A DNA stretch of 63,596 nt, filler included, from Octopus bimaculoides (GCF_001194135.2; 7 parts of 7 records of this genome joined end to end with filler, not necessarily neighbours in it), one strand, 5' to 3'. Positions 12,541 to 25,659 are shown, counted from the whole stretch's first letter. The notes: a model not told the origin generated them from the letters alone. Made by a program: numbers and translations.

Positions 12541-13904
12541 NNNNNNNNNNNNNNNNNNNNNNNNNNNNNNNNNNNNNNNNNNNNNNNNNNNNNNNNNNNN
12601 NNNNNNNNNNNNNNNNNNNNNNNNNNNNNNNNNNNNNNNNNNNNNNNNNNNNNNNNNNNNNNNNNNNNNNNNNNNNNNNNNNNNNNNNNNNNNNCACCAC
12701 CACCACCAATGACAACAACAACAACAGCAACAGCAACGACCTCAATGGCAAGGAATTCGATCAAATCCGGCTGAAGAAGAAACTGGAAAGCACTGACAAT
12801 AGAAATTAATAACAGGAGCAACAATGACCGTGAAACAACAATACCAGCATCATTTATGACCCCAGCATCACTAGCAACAACAACAACAACAACCACAACA
12901 ACAATCATCCAATGAGGCCTCCGAGGGCTGTCTCTAGCTGCTAAATACAGTGACCAAGTGTCCCTCTAATCTGTAAACTAGTGCCTTAGATAGCGTGGTG
13001 TGAGTAAATCTGTGAGTGAAACTAAGGGCAATGGTCGTCGTTGGAACGTCTTTGATCATAGGTGGGATTGATTCGGAACTGTTGATGGTTTCTGGAGGAG
13101 TTTGTAAGGGGTTGGTGCGGTGGAAGGATTGGTCTCTCCCGTATGTGATCACTTCGTTGTTTGTTCTTTGAACGTAGCCAACTCAGAGATAGATAGATAG
13201 ATAGATGGATAGATAGAGGGGAGAGGGGGGAGAGTGAGGGAGAGAGATAGGGAGAGAGAGAGAGAGAAAGAGAGAGGTACATAATGGGAAAGAGAGACAG
13301 AGAGAAAGAGAAAAACAAGGAAAAAGAACGAGAGAGAGAACGAAGAGAGGGATAGAGAGAAGTAGAGACAGAGAGAGAAAGAGAGAGTGGGAGAGAGGGA
13401 GAGAGAGGTAGAGAGAGAAATAAAAAGACAAAAGAGAAGGAAAGAGAAAGAGAGAGAGAGAGAGACAGACAGAGAACGCAAGAGAGTGATATGTAATGTA
13501 AAAGAGAGAGGCAGAGAAAAAAAGAAAGAAAATGGAAAAGAATGAAGCGAGAGAGAGGTACAAAGAGAGACAGAAAAAAGAGCAAATAGAAGGAAAGAGA
13601 AAGAGAGAGAAAAAGAGAGAAAAGAGAGAGAGAAAGAAAAGGTGTCTCTTGTATGACTTGATTAATTCTTTATGTATCAAGCTAGAAAAGATGAAAGAAA
13701 AACGGGGGTAAAAAATGAACAAAGTTGCCTTCAATTAGATTTGAAGTTTGAATGGAGGACAACTCTGGTGAAATAAAGAAGAGAGGTCTTCATTAGAACC
13801 TTGTTTGCTTTCATTACAAACTAATGGCTTAACATTAGCTAAAAAGGGAACTTTTTGATAAATTCACATGAATCGTCCGTCTCCATCCATCCATCTATCT
13901 ATCC

Positions 13905-13937
<33 letters not shown>

Positions 13938-14497
13938 CCTATCTGTCTATCTATGTGTAATTACATATGTATAATGTTCGTTATATGTTTAATATAAATT
14001 TGATGAATATATTTCATTTTCGTAAAAAAAAAAAAATGAAAAAAGCCGATTCATTGGTAAATATTGCATGTACGAACCTTATGTAATTAAATTAAAGTGA
14101 TACGAAATGTTTATTATTATTTTTTTTTTGTCTTAAAACATTTTATCAATTTATGTGATTGTATACATAGACACAGTTTAGAAAAATACACAAACACACG
14201 CAAACAATTACGCATGAATTAATCTATGTTCAGACACACAGACACAGGTATATTCACATACATATACATACACATACTTACATTGACTTATATATATATA
14301 TGTGTGTCTATATGTATGTATGTATATATATGTATAAATATTTATAACATGAAAGGTGTTGGCAATAGTGAAATGTATGAAACCTATGTAAGTTTAAAGG
14401 CTGTTGTCTGAACGCTGTATATTAATTAATTCTTCGTGGATACTACATATAAGTAATTCATAGATATAAAACAACGCGCATCAACAGAAGTTATAAT

Positions 14498-14555
<58 letters not shown>

Positions 14556-14939
14556 TTCACGTACACATACAGACACGGATACAAACGTGTGCGAATGCAC
14601 ACATACACACAAATACACGTATAGTTATCGCATGAAATCTCCAACTGAATTTGTTGTGGCTTTTCTACACACTGCATTCAAATCCAGCTGGAATGAAATT
14701 AGCCGTTGTTTTTGTCTTTTAGAGTAACGATGAATAAAGATTGAGGACGGTGGAGTTTTGATTGATGGAATCGCTAGTTCGGTGGAGCGTCCGTAGAAAC
14801 CTCGTGTGATATACTTTATTTTCTGCTTACGTTTCCCAATTCACTTTCCCCCAAGGAATTCAAACCATATTGTTTGTTTGTGATTATATCGACTAATCTC
14901 CCCTCAAAATTGCTGAACCTGTCTCTAAAACCTTACTGG

Positions 14940-15790
14940 TTATATCAGGATCGTAAAAGAAATCAGTACATTATCAACACCAGAAATCGACGACCCACGG
15001 CCCTCTCTCCGGCCATAACCAGCAACACCATCTCATTGTCTTCAGAAGTTGCAGAGAACATAAAGAACGAACCAGCGCGGAAAGCTGTCGAGGAACGTGA
15101 AACAGACAGAAGACGGAGGAAAATGATCAGCTCTAAGAAATAAAAATATCGACCCTACTCAAAAGACTATCAGAATGTGCGAAGAGGGGCTCATACGAAG
15201 CAGGAAATGTGCGAATTTCACAGTACTTTGGACAATGAACGTATGACTAATGGGCGATTTGAATGAGATGCAAAAAATATGGCGTAAACTCAAAGGGATA
15301 GGGAGCAGATTTATGCGGATTTAATCTCCGATAATACATATAGCACAAAGCATACAAGTGATAAACTGCAGATAAAAACTAACTTGGAATGCTATTAAAT
15401 TTTATAGACAACAAGCAGGTGAGCTTTTGACCTTCCCCATGAACTAGTTAAGAGTAGAGTTGAATGCAATAAAAGCGGAAAATATGGCGGACTATCTCTT
15501 AGAAACACTGTTTAAAGAATCATTAAGTTTGAGAAGATGAGGGAGGGAAGTGCTTCTAAAGGAGAAGAGGAAGGGAAGTGTTTGGAGAAAAGAAGAGGAG
15601 GGGCGGAATGTTACCAAAGCTGGTAGAAGGAGCCAAAACAATCGGTTGCAGTTTGGGAGATGGAAACTCTTTTGTAGACCGTTTGATGTACAGCGAAATA
15701 AGGTGCTGCTATCTGAAGACTTGACTTGTTAAAAATAGCAGCCGCATTTGCCTTGAAACGTACTCCTCTATTACAAAGGAAAATAAATAA
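14940..15790 (+). mobile_element. Possible highly degraded LINE ORF2 fragment
   Basis: Only weak motif-like pieces: IWRKLKGIG near 15275, and RTISLRNTV resembling YRPISLLNT near 15490. Many stops. Confidence 0.3.
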
Positions 15791-15814
15791 CCTGCTAGGC
15801 AGTAGTGTTCGAGA

Positions 15815-16075
15815 TACGAGGAGGTACCGAAAAGTAACCGGAAACGTTCTCTGTGGGATAATCCCGTTGTAGCTGAGGCTCCCGCCACTACGACCCACTA
15901 AATGCGATCCTCAGGCGTCAGCCTGCCGGTCAGCGTCAACTGGTGGGGGGGGTCGTACTTCCACGTGGTGCGTCTTTGTTTCGCGGTGCTTCTCCCCTGT
16001 TCGTCGATTTTTGCGATGGCTGAAACGAAGGAACAGCGTGCTTTCACGAAATTCTGTTTTCTGCTGGAGAAAATG
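15815..16075 (+). mobile_element. 5' end of a mariner transposon (TIR, 5' UTR and first ~20 codons)
   Basis: TA followed by CGAGGAGGTACCGAAAAGTAACCGGAA resembles mariner TIRs. ATG at 16016 gives MAETKEQRAFTKFCFLLEK, like the mariner N-terminal EQRxxIKFCFxLGK. Then breaks into microsatellite. Confidence 0.65.
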
Positions 16076-17203
16076 GCGTCCTCCTCCGCCTCCTCCTATT
16101 CCTCCTCTTCTTCATCATCATCATCATCATCATCAACAACAACATCATCATCATCATTATCACTACCCTCATCATTCCTGTCACGACATTCTCCGTCATC
16201 ATTCCTATCATNNNNNNNNNNNNNNNNNNNNNNNNNNNNNNNNNNNNNNNNNNNNNNNNNNNNNNNNNNNNNNNNNNNNNNNNNNNNNNNNNNNNNNNNN
16301 NNNNNNNNNNNNNNNNNNNNNNNNNNNNNNNNNNNNNNNNNNNNNNNNNNNNNNNNNNNNNNNNNNNNNNNNNNNNNNNNNNNNNNNNNNNNNNNNNNNN
16401 NNNNNNNNNNNNNNNNNNNNNNNNNNNNNNNNNNNNNNNNNNNNNNNNNNNNNNNNNNNNNNNNNNNNNNNNNNNNNNNNNNNNNNNNNNNNNNNNNNNN
16501 NNNNNNNNNNNNNNNNNNNNNNNNNNNNNNNNNNNNNNNNNNNNNNNNNNNNNNNNNNNNNNNNNNNNNNNNNNNNNNNNNNNNNNNNNNNNNNNNNNNN
16601 NNNNNNNNNNNNNNNNNNNNNNNNNNNNNNNNNNNNNNNNNNNNNNNNNNNNNNNNNNNNNNNNNNNNNNNNNNNNNNNNNNNNNNNNNNNNNNNNNNNN
16701 NNNNNNNNNNNNNNNNNNNNNNNNNNNNNNNNNNNNNNNNNNNNNNNNNNNNNNNNNNNNNNNNNNNNNNNNNNNNNNNNNNNNNNNNNNNNNNNNNNNN
16801 NNNNNNNNNNNNNNNNNNNNNNNNNNNNNNNNNNNNNNNNNNNNNNNNNNNNNNNNNNNNNNNNNNNNNNNNNNNNNNNNNNNNNNNNNNNNNNNNNNNN
16901 NNNNNNNNNNNNNNNNNNNNNNNNNNNNNNNNNNNNNNNNNNNNNNNNNNNNNNNNNNNNNNNNNNNNNNNNNNNNNNNNNNNNNNNNNNNNNNNNNNNN
17001 NNNNNNNNNNNNNNNNNNNNNNNNNNNNNNNNNNNNNNNNNNNNNNNNNNNNNNNNNNNNNNNNNNNNNNNNNNNNNNNNNNNNNNNNNNNNNNNNNNNN
17101 NNNNNNNNNNNNNNNNNNNNNNNNNNNNNNNNNNNNNNNNNNNNNNNNNNNNNNNNNNNNNNNNNNNNNNNNNNNNNNNNNNNNNNNNNNNNNNNNNNNN
17201 NNN

Positions 17204-17267
<64 letters not shown>

Positions 17268-18247
17268 ATGAATGATAATTACATAATTGGCACCAATAAT
17301 TTCAACAATAGCATCGTCAATTACAACAACAACGAACGCAAGACAACATATGCAACCTCAACAACAACAAAAGCAAGAATCGCATCGACAAGAACAAGAA
17401 CGGCAGTAACAACTATTTCAACAACAACAACACCATGAACATCAACAAGACCAAATGATAATGGATATCTATAAATTTCCCAAAATTATAATTACATTTC
17501 ACTGATTCTTTGACTTCAATTAAAATCTAATTTTCCAATTTTCGACGTAATTTCTTCCTCTTCATTTTTCTTCTTGTGTAATTATTTATTTAAAAACCAT
17601 CTCATGAGAATTTGCGAACAAGAACGTTGTTGGCTGTTAGCAGTTGCAGGAATTGAACGTGCCAGTCACTGGTTCATGGCATTCATGGTGACAAGGGTGA
17701 CAAGGGGAGTATCTGTATCTTGGGGTGTAACTATCCTCTCAAAGGACATCGTTGGTATAATACCGGCATTTTTATCATTGATGTATTTTTGCTCTTCGCA
17801 GTTATATTTTGATTAAATACGCGCGCATGCGCAATATCGGGGGACTGTTGTAAATCGATTATATCGACCCCCAGTGCTCAAATGATGTTTATTTTATTGA
17901 CAGGGAAAGATTGAAACGCAATGTCGATCTCGGCGGGTTTTGAACTCTTGAACGTATAGACGGACAGAATGCTTTTAAGCACGCGCACACACACNNNNNN
18001 NNNNNNNNNNNNNNNNNNNNNNNNNNNNNNNNNNNNNNNNNNNNNNNNNNNNNNNNNNNNNNNNNNNNNNNNNNNNNNNNNNNNNNNNNNNNNNNNNNNN
18101 NNNNNNNNNNNNNNNNNNNNNNNNNNNNNNNNNNNNNNNNNNNNNNNNNNNNNNNNNNNNNNNNNNNNNNNNNNNNNNNNNNNNNNNNNNNNNNNNNNNN
18201 NNNNNNNNNNNNNNNNNNNNNNNNNNNNNNNNNNNNNNNNNNNNNNN

Positions 18248-18290
<43 letters not shown>

Positions 18291-19806
18291 CATATATATA
18301 TTTATATACTGAGGGTGATAAATTGAATATTAATTTCAATTTAAAACCAGTAGTCGAGCATATAAAAAAATCTAATTCAGAAAAAGTGTTTTACATGCGT
18401 ATAAGAAACATACATATATATATATATATATACATACATACATGCATGCATACATACATACATACAGACAGACAGACAGACATACACACATACACACATA
18501 GATACATAAATACATACACGCATACATACATACAAACAGTCTTCAGATTTCTAGTCTTGCAGCAATTTATTCAACCAGCAATAAAAATACAAAATTTATA
18601 AAATTTTTATTCATAGTAGAAACTTTTTCATTGAAATCTACGAAGAAAATTAGTGTGGGGGCGGGGTTTACCTACGTGGGAACGTATTGGGAAGTTTTCT
18701 TTATTATCAGTTAATTGTCGGTAGGTTAAAATTTAATTGATAGAAATTAAAAAAGGCTTTTTACATGGCGGCTATAAGACAAAGAAGAAGAGGAGAAGGA
18801 AAGAAAGAAAAAGACAAAGAAATTATCGAAACTAATTTAGTTTTGTTATTCAAAATTTGAACTCTGCAGGTTATAAAAGATGAACATTAATATTCTGTGA
18901 CAAATTAATGAGTAAATGTGTAGGCGTACTTGTGTATGTGTGTGTGGGTTATTGGAAAATAGCGCGTGCGTGATGGGGGAGGATGCTTCATTATGTTTAC
19001 TAATTAGTAATTAGAAGTATGTACATGTGTCTATATACATGTGTGTGTATGTGCATGTGCGAGTGTTTGTGTGTTGGAAAGGTTTAATAGTTTAAAGTTT
19101 ATAGAATTTTTATGGCGTAAGAAGTTTTTGTGGCGGTCAAGATATATGAAAGATTTTGCAGTTAAATAATAGAATGCTAAACGATAAAAAGATAAATGTT
19201 AAACTATTAAATATTCTTTTCTACTCTAGGCACAAAACCCGAAATTTTTGAAGAGAGGGGGGGGGGCTTCAGTATGCAACTGGTATTTAATTTATCGACC
19301 CCAAAAGGATGAAAGGCAAAGTCGACCTCGGCGGAATTTGAACTCAGAACGTAAANNNNNNNNNNNNNNNNNNNNNNNNNNNNNNNNNNNNNNNNNNNNT
19401 TAATTAATTAANNNNNNNNNNNNNNNNNNNNNNNNNNNNNNNNNNNNNNNNNNNNAGAGGGATTTTATTTTGTTGTGTAATGCTGATGTTACATGATAAA
19501 TTTTAATGTGTTTTGGCGGTGTTGTGCGTGGGTGGTTGTTTGTTTTGATGTCGTTATTTGTGATGTTTGTTTTAGAGATGATGTAATTCATCAACTCTGT
19601 GTTTGTAGTGTCTATTGCTGTTAGCATTATTTTTGGTGTGTTATCATTGCGTCCGTTGCTCCGTTCTGAGTTCAAATTCCGCCGAAGTTGACTTTACCTT
19701 TTATCCTTTCGGAGTCGATAAATTAAGTACCAGTGAAACACTGGGGTCGATATTATCGACTACTCCCCTCCCCCAAATTTCAGGCTCTGTCTCTATAGCA
19801 GAAAGG

Positions 19807-19854
<48 letters not shown>

Positions 19855-20104
19855 AATACTATTTTTTCTGTGATATATAATTATAATAACTATCAGTAAG
19901 AATTATTCATAAATAACTTCTGAGAAAACTCGAGAAATTTCTTTCAAGGGAGGTAAGAAGCCAAATCATATGTGTTTTCTCTGTGTATATCGATGTAATT
20001 GACTAACCTTCTTTCCCTAAAATTTTTTCTATCATCTTGGCTTAACAGCCCTCACCGTTTGTTTTTACTGTCTTGTTCTCACTGTCCTGTTCTTGTTAAC
20101 ATTT

Positions 20105-20420
20105 TGACCCTCTGCAAAAAATCCCCAATTTTATTTAATTTGCTTTGCGGGATGGACTGTTTCAACGAAGTCGCGTATTATCCTTGCTTTCGAAACGCGG
20201 AGTAGGTGAAACAGGGACAACTGACGAAGGGGTATTCTCTTTATGTTGCATGTCTCATTTCTCTGTTTGTTTTTTTCGTTGTTCGAAAAAAGTTCGTTTT
20301 CTATGTTTTCGTTTTTATATTTTCGTTTCTCATTGTGTTTAGCGTTTTTTTTAATGTCCTGTACCCATATATGCATGTATATATACATATAGATGTAAGT
20401 ATGTACATATATGTATGGAT
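20105..20420 (+). mobile_element. Dispersed ~300-bp repeat; second copy inverted at ~23210-23520
   Basis: Near end-to-end similarity between 20105-20420 (+) and 23210-23520 (-). Ends in a T-rich stretch followed by (TA/CA) repeats. Confidence 0.8.
20172..20232 (+). ncRNA. Putative rearranged hammerhead ribozyme, copy A
   Basis: CGCGUA-UUAUCCUUG...CUUUC-GAAACGCG...CAGGGACAA-CUGACGA-AGGGG. See findings. Confidence 0.45.
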
Positions 20421-21450
20421 ATATGGATATATTTATATATCATTTATATTNNNNNNNNNNNNNNNNNNNNNNNNNNNNNNNNNNNNNNNNNNNNNNNNNN
20501 NNNNNNNNNNNNNNNNNNNNNNNNNNNNNNNNNNNNNNNNNNNNNNNNNNNNNNNNNNNNNNNNNNNNNNNNNNNNNNNNNNNNNNNNNNNNNNNNNNNN
20601 NNNNNNNNNNNNNNNNNNNNNNNNNNNNNNNNNNNNNNNNNNNNNNNNNNNNNNNNNNNNNNNNNNNNNNNNNNNNNNNNNNNNNNNNNNNNNNNNNNNN
20701 NNNNNNNNNNNNNNNNNNNNNNNNNNNNNNNNNNNNNNNNNNNNNNNNNNNNNNNNNNNNNNNNNNNNNNNNNNNNNNNNNNNNNNNNNNNNNNNNNNNN
20801 NNNNNNNNNNNNNNNNNNNNCGTCGCCATAACTTAGCGACTCGGCTAGAGTTCGATACAATAAATGCCAGGCTTATTAAAAAAATATACTGAGGTCGATA
20901 CATTCGACAAAAATTCTTCAACGAGGTACTCAAGCATGGCTGCAGTCTCATGACAAACAAACAAAAAGCTAAAATATATAAAAGATTTAAAGGGATTGAA
21001 CTACCCCTTGAATCTTATGCAAAGAGATGCACGTATAAGTAGTCTCCCTTTAAAAATTATCTTTATTTATTATTTTTTTTTTCATTATTGTTCTTTTCTT
21101 CACCTTCGCTCCAGGTATAATATTGTCGTTAGGCTTGTCAGTCACAGGTAGGTATTGATTCGTGTAATTGGGTAACAGGAAGTGGCGGTGGGAGGGGCGA
21201 AGAAAGAAAGAATGAGAAAAGAAAAGAAAAGGAAAGGATAAACAAGAACACAGTTGTCACACAAACCTGCCATACCACTTCGTTTTCAGATAACACTGAT
21301 ATATGATCGTGTGCAAAAACGACCAACCACTCACTTGGCAAAACAACATTGAAGTTCTTGATCAACTTGGAAGGCTTCTCTGTTGTGTCTACTTAAACGG
21401 ACTTGGTTTGGATTACGTGTCCTATTCATCGCCTTTTTACTTTTCTATGC

Positions 21451-21488
<38 letters not shown>

Positions 21489-21713
21489 TACACACATATA
21501 TATATTGGAATGTACGCAGAGGCTTATTAAGATATTAAGTCACTCTCCCAAACTCTCAGACTCCCTCTCTCCGTCTCTCTCTCTTTCTATCTGTCTATCT
21601 GTGTCCTAACTTTCTTCTAGTCCTGACACAGGTAAGACATTCTAGTATATTCTATATAGTTGTTTTTGTTGTTCATTATTTTTGTGCCTGTGTGTATGTC
21701 TGTATTTGTTTGT

Positions 21714-21754
<41 letters not shown>

Positions 21755-22034
21755 CACGCGCGAATAAACATACACGCACGCGCGCAAATACACACACATA
21801 CAAACGCACGCATTTGTATTGTGTTTTTTTTTTGTAATTTCTTGTTTTTTTGATACATTCATTCTCATTTACCCACACCTAGACCCGCCACTATAACTCA
21901 ATGTGGCCATCCCCTATTTTTTCTTTTCTTCTTTTTATCTTTAAAGACGGCGTGATGTAGTTTAAAGGAGTCATTTCGCTGCTATTTCTTGTAGGGTCGT
22001 GCAATTACGTAGATGATCTTTCGTTGACTTGCGG

Positions 22035-22067
<33 letters not shown>

Positions 22068-22655
22068 AACTACTAAGTAGTAGTAGTAGTAGTAGTAATG
22101 GTGATGGTGGTGGTGATAGTAGTAGTAGTAGTAGTAGTAGTAGTAGCGTCGCCGCCGAGTTTGCTTTTGTCTTTCATTGCTCAAGGATCGATAAAATAAA
22201 GTGCCAGTCAAGTATTCTGGGGTTGATGTAATCGACTTGCCCCGTCCCCTCAAAAACTACTGGCCTTGTGCCAAAATTAGAAACAAACATCCTCCACCTC
22301 CTCCTCCTCATCATCATCATCATCATCACGATTATTATTAATTTTATTTTCATATACACACAACAGATTAGACTGTTGGAAAAGAAAAAAAACCTAACAT
22401 CAGGCTACAACGAGTAACCTTAGATGCCTTGAACCTTACTAAGTACCCTAGCTGTCCCTAATAACACTATTTTTTGGAGGTGTACTAAACTGGGTTTTAT
22501 GCCTATTTTCTCTATCCATCTGTTCAGATCTTTAGGGGTAGTTCCCAATAGCTAGGTCCTGGTACATTGCTATTTTTTTCTATACCTCTCATATAATGAT
22601 AATAATAACAACAACAATAACAACAACAACAACAATAATAATAATAATAATAATA

Positions 22656-22705
<50 letters not shown>

Positions 22706-23155
22706 TATTATTATTATTATTATTATTGCCGGCGTACACTCCTACCAACNNNNNNNNNNNNNNNNNNNNNNNNNNNNNNNNNNNNNNNNNNNNNNNNNNN
22801 NNNNNNNNNNNNNNNNNNNNNNNNNNNNNNNNNNNNNNNNNNNNNNNNNNNNNNNNNNNNNNNNNNNNNNNNNNNNNNNNNNNNNNNNNNNNNNNNNNNN
22901 NNNNNNNNNNNNNNNNNNNNNNNNNNNNNNNNNNNNNNNNNNNNNNNNNNNNNNNNNNNNNNNNNNNNNNNNNNNNNNNNNNNNNNNNNNNNNNNNNNNN
23001 NNNNNNNNNNNNNNNNNNNNNNNNNNNNNNNNNNNNNNNNNNNNNNNNNNNNNNNNNNNNNNNNNNNNNNNNNNNNNNNNNNNNNNNNNNNNNNNNNNNN
23101 NNNNNNNNNNNAGCACACACAGATATATATATACATACACATATATGTATGTATG

Positions 23156-23188
<33 letters not shown>

Positions 23189-23392
23189 TAAATATATGCA
23201 TAACTACACACATACATATACATGCCTACATATATATGTATATATACATGCATATATGGGTACAGGACGTCAAAAGAACGTGAACAAAATGAGAAACGAG
23301 AACATAAAAAACAAAAGCATGGAAAACGAACTTTTTTTCGAACAACGAAAGAAACAAATTGAGACAACGAGACAGGCAACACAAAGAACATT

Positions 23393-23453
23393 CCCTTCAT
23401 CAGTTGTCCCCTGTTTTATCTACTCCGCGTTTCGAAGGTAGGGACAAGATGCG
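23393..23453 (-). ncRNA. Putative rearranged hammerhead ribozyme, copy B
   Basis: CGCAUC-UUGUCCC-UA-CCUUC-GAAACGCG...GGGACAA-CUGAUGA-AGGG on the minus strand. Confidence 0.45.
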
Positions 23454-24139
23454 ACTTCGTTAAAAGAGTCCTTCCCGCAAAGCAAATTAAATAAAATTTG
23501 GGATCTTTTTGCAGAGGGTTATGTTCTCGCTTCTCATTTTATTCACGTTTTTGTTTTTGACATCCTGACCCATATATGCATGTATATATACATATATATG
23601 TAGGCATGTACATGTATGTATATATGCATATATATATATATATATACCGTAACTTTACGGGTTCGGCAAGAAATACCGTTAGAATGAGTACCGCGATTAA
23701 AGAAAAAGTACTGGGGTCAATTAGTTCGATTAAAATTCTTCAAGGAAGTTCCCCACCATGGTCGCAGTCTAATGACTGAAACAGGAAAAAGAAAGAACAT
23801 AAAACATGTGTGTGTGTGTGTGTGTGTGCGTGCGTGTACATATACATATATACATACATACATACATACGAATCCGCTGTTCTAATTTCTTATCTACCCC
23901 TTCCCCTTCCTCATCTCTCTCTGATATACTGACACGTGTCTCCCTCTGCAATATCATGCTGACCCCACTCCGAGCTCCCATTCTCCGTTACTCTATTTTT
24001 CTCTTATTCAAATGCGTTTTATCTCTTAATTTATTGTGGAATTTCTGTACAACAAACGTAAATGTATGCATATGTTGACATTCAGTTGATATATGGTTGA
24101 TGTCAGTTTTTCCGCCCGTCCGTCCGTCAGTGCGTCTAA

Positions 24140-24195
<56 letters not shown>

Positions 24196-24361
24196 AATAT
24201 ATATATCTATCTATCTATCTATCTGTCTGTCTGTTTGCATATCTGTCTGTTTGTCTGTTGGCCTTCTGCCTATCTATCTATCTTTCTGTCTGTCTGTCTG
24301 TATGTATGTTTACCTGTCTGTCTACGTATCTATCTTTGCCTTACATATGTCTGTTTGCCTT

Positions 24362-24395
<34 letters not shown>

Positions 24396-24403
24396 TGTAT
24401 GTA

Positions 24404-24462
<59 letters not shown>

Positions 24463-24910
24463 GTCCATCTATCTGTATGTTTGTCTATCTACCTTTGCAT
24501 GTATGTACGTATGTATGTACGTATGCATGTATGTATGTATTTATGTATTTATGTATTTATGTATGGATGCACGTATGCATGAATGTATCTATCAATCTGT
24601 CTATGCTTCTATCTTCTCTTCTTTCTGTACCACCTCTCTATCTCTCTCTTTCTGTCTTACACACACACACATACACAAACATAAAAGAATATTTGGTTAA
24701 AAAAGGACCTTGAATGGAAAAAATATCAAAAGCTGCTAGTGGGACGTCTGTCATATTCACATGGGATGTGGGTTCGTGTCCCTCGGTCAGCCTCCAACTG
24801 TCTTTTTACTATCCAAGGGTTTTTCAACCTCGTATCCTAACCGCTGTCATTTTAGCGTTATCTACTTCAAGTTCCACACAGCATACACCCACGCCCGCAA
24901 ACAGCACGCA

Positions 24911-24994
24911 CACAAAACACATACACTTGGACACAAAACACATACACTTGGACACAAAACACATACACTTGGACACAAAACACATACACTTGGA
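24911..24994 (+). repeat. 21-bp minisatellite x4 (CACAAAACACATACACTTGGA)
   Basis: Direct inspection; perfect copies. Confidence 0.9.
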
Positions 24995-25037
24995 CACAAA
25001 CACAACACAAAACAAAACACAGACTCACCCACACAAC

Positions 25038-25072
<35 letters not shown>

Positions 25073-25659
25073 AAACACACGCACACACAAACACACACGT
25101 ACATACACACATACACACACATGTTATATTGAAGACACAGCAGTGTTGTAGTTTCACCTTTTTATTACTAATGATCTTTCATATTTCCTCATTAATCTTT
25201 TTATAACTAGCGATTAGTTTGGATTAATAATTTTCCTAAATCCATTAACGTTTAAAAACCTTCGACTAGGACCTATCTTCTGAATGAAGTAATGATAACG
25301 GCGGTTATTGCCATGATTTTGTAATGGGCAATCAGGGATTATGGGAATAATGATAGAGCTGATGAAATCAGCATCGCCGGATATAAAATTGTTTAATTAT
25401 TTACTCTTAGTTACTTTCATAGCATACTTCAAGTGTGCTATGCCTGTGTATAGCTTTTTGCCGTGTACTGGATTATTAAATGAATTCGTTTTAGTGCTTT
25501 TTTTCTTTCTTATTTTGCACCAAGAATTTTAACAAATCAGTCATTAATAAATTTTCATTCATTGTTTGTGACTTTTGTCAACGTTCTACTAGTTTGTCAA
25601 TGCTTTGACGTCAGAAACAGTGTCTTGACTCGAAGAATTCATCATTCGTTGAATTGTGA

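Noticed and set aside
11940-12930. Protein-like poly-Q/N/T/S peptides (e.g. DLNGKEFDQIRLKKKLESTDNRN); similar at 17266-17460
   Set aside because: All three frames look equally protein-like and all contain stops: cryptic trinucleotide simplicity without splice support.
17600-17820. Minus-strand SPCHPCHHECH Cys pattern resembling furin/EGF-like repeats
   Set aside because: Bounded by stops, no credible splice sites, too short.
17823-17832. Perfect GCGCATGCGC (NRF1/EWG-like) palindrome; near match at ~63051
   Set aside because: Easily generated in (CA)/(GC) dinucleotide-rich sequence, with no promoter context shown.
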